The notes below the pieces were generated by a model that ran no database searches, was not told where the DNA came from, and saw nothing but the letters and a program-made list of their open reading frames with translations. From NCBI GenBank assembly GCA_008933045.1, contig WBXJ01000003.1, forward strand, positions 1 through 36,063: a stretch of DNA of 36,063 nt, given 5' to 3'. Source of the DNA: Verrucomicrobiota bacterium (GTDB lineage: Bacteria > Verrucomicrobiota > Verrucomicrobiia > Limisphaerales > SXQI01). A program made the position numbers and the translations under genes. Shown here piece by piece: positions 30,201-36,063 of the stretch. Position 1 is the stretch's first letter. Each line of letters opens with the position of its first letter.

Positions 30201-32427
30201 TGCAAGCAACCGCAGGACCGTGGTGATCAAGTTCAACGAGCCAATCGCGTCAGGTGCTGATGTCGCAGCGAACTACTCCGTCAGTGGCGGGGTGGGCGCA
30301 GCAACAGCCGCCGCCGCCTCGGGTTCGGGTGCTATCATTACTGTGGGTGCAGACCTCGTGGTCGGTAATACTTACACCCTCACGGTGAAGGGAACTAGGG
30401 ACTTCGCTGGCAACACGACAGCCGCTGCAACAGCGACCTTCACGGTCACCTTCGCCTCGGGCTTCGTGCTATACGAACGCTATGATGGTATCGGTGGCAC
30501 CGCCGTCGATGCCCTCACCGGCGACGCCAAGTATCCGAATTCACCAGACGCGACAGGTTATCTCACATCAATGAGCTTTGAGCCGAACTTGGATAATTAC
30601 GGAGTGAGAATCTCTGGATATATCACACCCGCAACCACGGGTAACTACCGGTTCTTCATTCGTTCGGATGATGCCTCTCAGATGTGGCTATCCACGGATG
30701 ACACCGAAGCTAATGCTTCCAAGATCGCCGAAGAAACAGGATGCTGCAACGGCTTCCAAGAGCCGCTCGATAAATCTCAAACATCCGAGCCACAAAACCT
30801 GCTCGCAGGAACACGTTATTACTTCCACGCTTTCATGAAAGAAGGCGGCGGCGGCGACAACGTCCAATTGGCTTGGCGCGAAGAGGCGGACACTACGCCA
30901 GCCAACAAACTCGGTAATCTGAGCGGTTCGGTGCTTGGAACCTACGTTGATCCAACAGGTCGCGGAGTGAACATCCTCACCCAGCCCCAATCAGCCTCTG
31001 TGGTTGAAGGTCGGACCGCTACTGTATCGGCACTCGCTGTCCCAGTACCTGCCAACGGCGGCTTGAGCTACCAATGGCAGTATAAGCCACCGGGCTCAGC
31101 TGGATTCGTCAACATTGATGGAGCCACGGGAGCCAGCTACACCAGCGGTCCTCTGCCTTTGGGCTTGAACGGCGCATTGGTTCGTGTCATCGCTTCCACC
31201 ATCGGTGGAATCTCCACAGCTTCTACCGAAGTTGTGTTAACGGTCACCAAGGACAGCAGCGCACCTGTGGGTCGTATCCACACAGTGAGCGGCAACGGGG
31301 GAGTTCAGATCCGGGTTGACTTCGACGAAGATGTCAATGCGGCTTCGGCCTTGGCACCCGCCAGCTATTCGTTGAGCAAAGGATCCATCTCGAGCGTCAG
31401 CCTAGTCGGTGCTCGTGGGGTCATCCTCCAGACTACGGGCCTTTCAATCGGCGATAGCTTCGTGCTCACCCTCAGAGGTGTGAAGGACTTGTTCGGTAAC
31501 TCGGTCACCGGCAGCATCAATGGCAAGGTCAGCACCTTGTCTTGGGTGGAAATCGGTGGTCGCGAGTGGAAGAACACGGCTCCTGACGTGGTTCAAATCG
31601 GCGCGAATGACTTCGACCTCTACAGCGGCGGTAACGGCTTCTGGAGTAACTATGATGAAGGCACCTTCCTCTACGAAGAAGTCACTGGCGACTTCAACCG
31701 CCAAGTCCGTGTGGAGTATCAAGATGCTTCCTCGCACTGGGCACGTTGCGGTCTGATGGTTCGCGTTGCGACTGACGAAGGCACAACCCGTGCTCAAGCG
31801 CAAGAAATCGTTGATGGGGCTCCTGGTCCAAAAGCCATGAGCCAATATCAACAACTCTTCTTGGATCCAACCACCAAGTGGGATGGTAGCGGCGCCAACA
31901 ACGGTCATGAGACCAATCGCCGCACCGAACCCGGTGCACAAACCGGCAGTTCCCAGAACAACTTTGGTGGTACGCCTCCTCCTTACCCCAACGCTTGGAT
32001 CCGGATGGAACGCAAGGGTGATGTTCTGAGCTACTACAAGGGTATCAATGGACTCGATTGGGACTTCGTAGGTAGCATCAAGATCAGCGGCCCAGACTCG
32101 TCATTCACTCCTGAAATGCCTGCGAAGGTGTTGGTTGGAATGATCTATTGCCCAGAAATCGGCAATAACGGTGCAGCGGGTCAAAAGACCTATATGTCCA
32201 AGTTCCGCTCCTACAGCGATGGCGCAAGCGCACCTCCTGCAGACCCAGCGAAACTCACCGTCAGCTCTGCTGATGGTAAGGTTAGCGTTAGTTGGACACC
32301 TACAGGCGGCACACTGCAATCAAGCTCAGCGGTTGGCGCTGGCGCAGTCTGGACCGATGTGGGCGCTGGTAACCCAGCCTCCATCACCCCGAGCAGCGCG
32401 ACGCTGTTCCTGCGTGTAAAGAATTAA
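27241..32427 (+). CDS. Very large secreted modular lectin/adhesin-like protein (~1728 aa): L-type lectin-like, three PA14-like, Ig, Big_5-like and ConA-like domains, C-terminal beta domain
   Basis: Start probably ATG 27241 (or 27316) rather than 26938; signal peptide ending SAQA. Motifs ADGMAFAF..VSFDTWDN (L-lectin-like); SDDG/SDDG/SDDA each with [EK]EGGGG (PA14-like); SYQW Ig domains; FLYEEVTGDF..GLMVR..WIRMERKG; C-terminus VSWTPTGGTLQSS...LFLRVKN. Confidence 0.82.
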   Translation: MRNNQPVGFGPQSGSTPTLLPSFARMFSALRAKSGRVGRLLTVASSVSLLTGLSAQAAIYSNNFDAGLGDAVVAGSAYHMATGGIDNTGYVSVTDAVNSQQGMFVLPEFTNGELVSGFKATFKVQIGGGTSRAADGMAFAFSSSIDEGSTFGEEGPAGAALIVSFDTWDNNGTDTAPSIDIKVNGNDDASIVATTWLAGEREGGRTRPSAIFKDPLGKEVSLMTTGWADVSIEVKDNVLSVSYKGVETVKGVVVAFPPTAGRFAFGARTGGANANQWVDSLRIETYPITPGLAGFSYTPDGLTFKLNDISGQKVDPASVSVKMDGSDVAITTSKAGDFTTGVYAGSTLFPAGSSHSATVTFSYGTPAKTKSITLPGTIPSYAVLDAANVIPASKVDKTSSGFTAYVHRARQDAGLPNDTARTEAQLRGFLVDPQTGAPYENLADDAAVGADQTSLGNRRFTLPVINLDQNAADQGNFQSTSDPSRPESQFPGLDPSIPGGELENFADEFIGFLELPKGVIRMGVNSDDGFLVTSGADPRNPSATKLGEFQGGRGASDTIFNVYVPVAGIYAFRVIHEEGGGGANCEFFTIKADGTKVLVNDPEVAGAIKSYRIATLSTTAPAYFAGSIPGNNSNTSRQPSFRVGLSDSGTKVVKSSIKVSLDGVDITSGATVTQVAGDTTITYSTTALLPYGSAHALVVTWSDNGSPAKANVNTVNFNVGGGVVMKVYRDINGGGVGDLTNSEKFISNAPDEVSEVGSMEHLALGDNYGSEMLGYFVPDHDDTYTFYLSSDDGSTLWLSTDESPANVVRIGNQGGWNGDREWVSGGDAAARQSPPIALKKGSRYFMYALQKEGGGGDSLSVAFTDLTTKTTIVNGDAAISKQMQPFTGAGFSASPKSATVSKGLTYSASARAISATAGAISYQWMRNGSPISGATSPDYTIAAVAFPGDNGAKFTVVATVGAITATSAEAVLTVVDDNAAPVVASAYASNRRTVVIKFNEPIASGADVAANYSVSGGVGAATAAAASGSGAIITVGADLVVGNTYTLTVKGTRDFAGNTTAAATATFTVTFASGFVLYERYDGIGGTAVDALTGDAKYPNSPDATGYLTSMSFEPNLDNYGVRISGYITPATTGNYRFFIRSDDASQMWLSTDDTEANASKIAEETGCCNGFQEPLDKSQTSEPQNLLAGTRYYFHAFMKEGGGGDNVQLAWREEADTTPANKLGNLSGSVLGTYVDPTGRGVNILTQPQSASVVEGRTATVSALAVPVPANGGLSYQWQYKPPGSAGFVNIDGATGASYTSGPLPLGLNGALVRVIASTIGGISTASTEVVLTVTKDSSAPVGRIHTVSGNGGVQIRVDFDEDVNAASALAPASYSLSKGSISSVSLVGARGVILQTTGLSIGDSFVLTLRGVKDLFGNSVTGSINGKVSTLSWVEIGGREWKNTAPDVVQIGANDFDLYSGGNGFWSNYDEGTFLYEEVTGDFNRQVRVEYQDASSHWARCGLMVRVATDEGTTRAQAQEIVDGAPGPKAMSQYQQLFLDPTTKWDGSGANNGHETNRRTEPGAQTGSSQNNFGGTPPPYPNAWIRMERKGDVLSYYKGINGLDWDFVGSIKISGPDSSFTPEMPAKVLVGMIYCPEIGNNGAAGQKTYMSKFRSYSDGASAPPADPAKLTVSSADGKVSVSWTPTGGTLQSSSAVGAGAVWTDVGAGNPASITPSSATLFLRVKN

Positions 32428-32429
32428 TC

Positions 32430-32461
32430 GCATCATCCCGCTCCTGAGCGGGAATGAATGC
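32430..32461 (+). other. Stem-loop immediately after the stop codon
   Basis: Core TCCCGCTC-CT-GAGCGGGA with imperfect GCATCAT/ATGAATGC extension; lies just before the terminator. Confidence 0.45.
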
Positions 32462-32469
32462 TGAATCAC

Positions 32470-32505
32470 AAGGGGTCGGACGAAAGTCCGGCCCCTTTTT
32501 TCTTT
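32470..32505 (+). terminator. Intrinsic terminator after the 1728-aa gene
   Basis: AAGGGGTCGGAC-GAAA-GTCCGGCCCCTT (GNRA loop, one G-U pair) followed by a T-rich tract. Confidence 0.88.
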
Positions 32506-32555
32506 CCCTTTTCGCTCTGTTCAAGCACAACAGGTTCATACATTTTAAACCTCTT

Positions 32556-35500
32556 ATGCGCCGCTGGCTTTGGGCACTCTTTGCGTGTCAATTTCCGTTT
32601 TTTTTCATCCAAGCTGAGCCACTATTACAACGGATTCCTTCGTCGGAATCAGGATTGGATTTCACTAATCGAATCGCTACATCGCGCCATTTCACGAATC
32701 AAGTTCTCCTCAATGGCTCAGGTGTCGCCGCAGGAGATATCGATGGAGATCAAGCCATCGATCTCGTGTTTGGGAATCTGCAAGGCCCCCCACAACTCTT
32801 TCGTAATTTGGGGCACTGGAATTTTACCAATATAACCGCCTCGGCAGGTTTAGCGGAGGCAGTGGCGGATTCCACCGGCGTCGTTCTGGCTGACGTCGAT
32901 GGTGATGGAGACTTGGATTTAGTATTTAACACCGTTGCCAAAGGCACTTATCTTTACCTCAACGACGGTCGTGGCAACTTCTCAAAACCTCTAGGCTTCA
33001 CCCCGCTCAATGGTCAGGCAGGTGGAATGTCCCTGACGCTGGGGGATATCGACGGTGATGGAGACTTGGATCTTTATGTAGCCAATTACCGCGCCGCAAC
33101 GATTCGTGATCAGCTCAATTCGAAATTTTCATTCCGCAATGTGCAAGGCAAACCTGAATTGGCTTCGATCAACGGAAAACCAATCACGGATCCCGAGTAT
33201 ACCAATCGCTTTGTCTACACTTTGACCGCCTCTGGAGGTAAGGGAAATTTCCTTCATTACGAAACAGGATTGCCGCATGCGCTATTCCTTAATGACGGGA
33301 AAGGTCATTTCAAGCACGAGTCTTGGACGGGTGGTCGGTTTAAGGACGAGCAGGGTGAGACTCTGACATCGGCTCCTTACGACTGGGGATTGTCGGCTTC
33401 GTTTCGCGATTTGAATCAGGATGGATTTCCGGATCTTTATGTGTGCAACGATTTCCAAAGCCCCGATCGCATCTGGATGAATGACGGGAGAGGAAATTTC
33501 CGAGCACTTTCTGGAGAGGCCATTCGCCACGCGCCGTATTACAGTATGGGGGCAGACTTTGGGGATTTGGATCGAGATGGAAATGACGATTTTCTCGTGC
33601 TGGACATGCTCAGTCCGAACCACACACGCCGAATGATCCAACTCTCGGACGTACGCAACGATATGGGTTCCCCAGGGTATAAAATTGATCGCCCTCAACT
33701 CCCTCAGAACGCGCTTTATCGGGGCCGCGGAGATGGAACTTTTGCCGAGGTCGCAGAGTATGCGGGGCTAGCAGCGACAGATTGGAGTTGGGCGGTGGCT
33801 TGTGTGGACCTGGACCTTGACGGTTTGGAGGATATCCTCATTACCAATGGTTTCGAGCGGGACAACATGAATATGGATGCTGTTCGGCAGATGCAGGAGG
33901 CGAAGGTCGGTCGGCAACTTTCCATCGCCGAGATTTTTGATCTTCGCCGAGTATTTCCGCGATTGAACACTCCTAATTTTGCCTACCGCAATCTTGGAGG
34001 GTTTAAATTCAAGGACATGAGTGATGAGTGGGGTTTCAACGCGGCTGCGGTGTCCCAAGGCATGTGCCTCGCTGATTTAGACGGTGATGGTGACCTCGAC
34101 GTGGTGGTCAACAACATGAACGACGGGGCCCTCCTTTACCGCAACAACGCCAAGGGAGGCCGCGTGTTGGTTCGTCTTCAAGGCAGTCTCGCCAATCGCC
34201 AAGGGGTGGGTGCCCGAATCACAGTGCATGGCGGTGCCGTCCCTGAGCAATCTCAGGAGATTCAAATCGGTGGCCGGTATTTATCGAGTGATGCTGCCGA
34301 GCGGATGTTCGCCACGGGCACGAATCAAACGGTTGAGATCGAGGTGCGTTGGCGTTCTGGGCGGCAGACATTCGCCAAAGCGGTGCGTGCTAACACCACC
34401 GTAACGATCAAGGAGACCGACAGCCAACCCGCCGAAGCGCTTAAAACTCCTCAGCGCACTCCTTTTTTCACCGAGCAGAATCCACCGGCTTGGATACCGA
34501 GTAACGAGATGTTCGATGATTTCTCTCGGCAACCGTTGATGCCTTACCGTATTGGCCATATGGGGCCCGGGGTTGCTTGGTTGGATATGGATGGCGATGG
34601 TCGAGAGGAACTCGTGGTCGCGCCACAACACAACGGGGTGACCCGAATGTTCAAGTGGGTTAATGATCAGTGGGAAGGCATCCACACCAATACGGCGATC
34701 GTCGTTCGCCCCGGAACATCCATGGTGCTTCTGCCTCAGGGGCAGCTCTGGGTCGGGGTATCAACTTGGGAGGATGGTCAACCCGCTGGGCCGGGCATCG
34801 TGATCTATCGAATCAAGCCGGATGGAACGATCGAAGTGGATGGGTCTTCGCTGCCGGCGTTAGCCGAGGGAAGCGTGGGCCCGATGGCGGCTGCTGACGT
34901 GGATGGGGACGGGGATTTGGATGTGTGGGTTGGAGGACGCGCGGTTGCTGGACGATGGCCCGAGCCGTCCTCCGGTTGGTTGTATCGTAACGAGGGTGGA
35001 AAACTGGTCCTGGATCAAGCGTTGAGTCAACCGTGGGTCAAAATCGGTTTGGTGAGTGGAGCGTTATTTGCGGATATCAACGGTGACGGAAAGCCGGATT
35101 TGGTGACCGCAATGGAATGGGGACCGGTGAGGGTTTGGCTCAACGAAGGGCAGGGTCGCTGGACTGAGGGCACGGACGCGCTTGGGTTGGCCAAGGAGCG
35201 AGGATGGTGGACTAGTGTCACGGTCGGCGATTTGGATGGAGACGGACGCTTGGACCTTGTGGTGGGGAATTGGGGTGCCAACACTTCCTATGAAGCTTGG
35301 CGAGGTGGAAAATCCCTACGTCTCTATGCCGGAGATTGGGATAATGATGGCACCACCGAGATGCTCGAATCTCATGTCGAGGCGGGGAAATGGGTGCCGA
35401 ATCGTCGCTTGGATTTTCTCTCGAAAACCTTGCCGTGGTTAAAGGAAAAATTTGCTTCCCACGCTGCATACGCCGCCGCGACTGTGGAAGAAGTGCTGGG

Positions 35501-36063
35501 AGAGGAGCTGCTCAAAAAATCAATGATTCTTGAAGCGAACGTTTTAGAAACGAGCATTTTTTGGAATCGTGGAGGCCGCTTCGAAAGGCAACCGCTCCCG
35601 ATGGAAGCTCAGGTGTCTCCCGTGTTCGGAGTCGCCATCGCGGATGTGGATGGTGACGGGCGGCAGGACGTGATCTTGGGTCAAAACTTTTTTGGTTATC
35701 AAGGCGAAACCCCACGCAATGATGCGGGTTTAAGTGTCTGGTTAAAGAATCTGGGCCAAGAAAAGTTTGAAGCGGTCTCGGCCCAAACCAGCGGGATTCG
35801 CATCTGGGGTGAAGCTCGCGGTCTGGCAACGGGAGATTTTGATGGTGATGGGCGTGTGGATCTCGCGGTGGGGTTGAACGCACCCGAGGTGAAGGTTTAT
35901 AGGAATCGGCTAGGTAAACCGGGCCTTCGCGTCAGACTCAAGGGACCTCCGAGCAATCCACTGGGAGTAGGAGCTAAATTACGCCTCATCACCGCCGGTG
36001 GACAATACGGACCGTTGCACGAGGTGCGGATGGGTGGAGGTTATTGGTCGGTGGATGCTGCCA
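32556..36063 (+). CDS. Second secreted FG-GAP/VCBS + ASPIC-UnbV (CRTAC1-family) protein, 3'-truncated by the window edge
   Basis: Absent from the ORF track because it has no stop. Manual translation gives MRRWLWALFACQFPFFFIQAEP..SGLDFTNR..NGSGVAAGDIDGD, and the same frame at the edge reads RVRLKGPPSNPLGVGAKLRL..HEVRMGGGYWSVD. Colinear with 19791..23519. Confidence 0.9.
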   Translation, partial: MRRWLWALFACQFPFFFIQAEPLLQRIPSSESGLDFTNRIATSRHFTNQVLLNGSGVAAGDIDGDQAIDLVFGNLQGPPQLFRNLGHWNFTNITASAGLAEAVADSTGVVLADVDGDGDLDLVFNTVAKGTYLYLNDGRGNFSKPLGFTPLNGQAGGMSLTLGDIDGDGDLDLYVANYRAATIRDQLNSKFSFRNVQGKPELASINGKPITDPEYTNRFVYTLTASGGKGNFLHYETGLPHALFLNDGKGHFKHESWTGGRFKDEQGETLTSAPYDWGLSASFRDLNQDGFPDLYVCNDFQSPDRIWMNDGRGNFRALSGEAIRHAPYYSMGADFGDLDRDGNDDFLVLDMLSPNHTRRMIQLSDVRNDMGSPGYKIDRPQLPQNALYRGRGDGTFAEVAEYAGLAATDWSWAVACVDLDLDGLEDILITNGFERDNMNMDAVRQMQEAKVGRQLSIAEIFDLRRVFPRLNTPNFAYRNLGGFKFKDMSDEWGFNAAAVSQGMCLADLDGDGDLDVVVNNMNDGALLYRNNAKGGRVLVRLQGSLANRQGVGARITVHGGAVPEQSQEIQIGGRYLSSDAAERMFATGTNQTVEIEVRWRSGRQTFAKAVRANTTVTIKETDSQPAEALKTPQRTPFFTEQNPPAWIPSNEMFDDFSRQPLMPYRIGHMGPGVAWLDMDGDGREELVVAPQHNGVTRMFKWVNDQWEGIHTNTAIVVRPGTSMVLLPQGQLWVGVSTWEDGQPAGPGIVIYRIKPDGTIEVDGSSLPALAEGSVGPMAAADVDGDGDLDVWVGGRAVAGRWPEPSSGWLYRNEGGKLVLDQALSQPWVKIGLVSGALFADINGDGKPDLVTAMEWGPVRVWLNEGQGRWTEGTDALGLAKERGWWTSVTVGDLDGDGRLDLVVGNWGANTSYEAWRGGKSLRLYAGDWDNDGTTEMLESHVEAGKWVPNRRLDFLSKTLPWLKEKFASHAAYAAATVEEVLGEELLKKSMILEANVLETSIFWNRGGRFERQPLPMEAQVSPVFGVAIADVDGDGRQDVILGQNFFGYQGETPRNDAGLSVWLKNLGQEKFEAVSAQTSGIRIWGEARGLATGDFDGDGRVDLAVGLNAPEVKVYRNRLGKPGLRVRLKGPPSNPLGVGAKLRLITAGGQYGPLHEVRMGGGYWSVDAA

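Noticed and set aside
32700-35870. Recurring GA[CT]GG[CT]GA[CT]GG DNA motifs as a CRISPR or tandem array
   Set aside because: They are degenerate codons for DxDGDG FG-GAP repeats, irregularly spaced inside one ORF.

Overview
Chromosomal segment from a bacterium, most likely Verrucomicrobiota of the Pedosphaerales/Limisphaerales type (inferred from gene content and protein style, not from a marker gene). Left to right: a partial lamin-tail/CotH-kinase secreted protein gene; an Rrf2-regulator remnant; lpxK-lpxL-SDR-bioF; pgk-tpiA-secG-oppABC; an esterase gene, a pentaheme cytochrome c/PA14 gene, a beta-propeller dehydrogenase-like gene and a KdaD-like FAH gene; and rmuC. The most striking structure follows rmuC. 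A small FKBP-type PPIase gene is split in two (19237..19305 and 26733..26996) by a ~7.4 kb insert that looks richer in GC. The insert is bounded by a direct repeat (CGGGCCAA, extending to 13/14 bp) and encodes no recognisable recombinase. It carries a decayed amidohydrolase fragment and a two-gene module: a large lectin/Ig secreted protein, an intrinsic terminator, then an FG-GAP/ASPIC-UnbV protein. A second module with the same layout lies immediately to the right, in divergent orientation. Both secreted proteins end in a similar ~65-aa C-terminal domain that may be a sorting signal. No rRNA, tRNA, CRISPR array or transposase was recognised. All protein calls come from motif recognition by eye; no searches were run.
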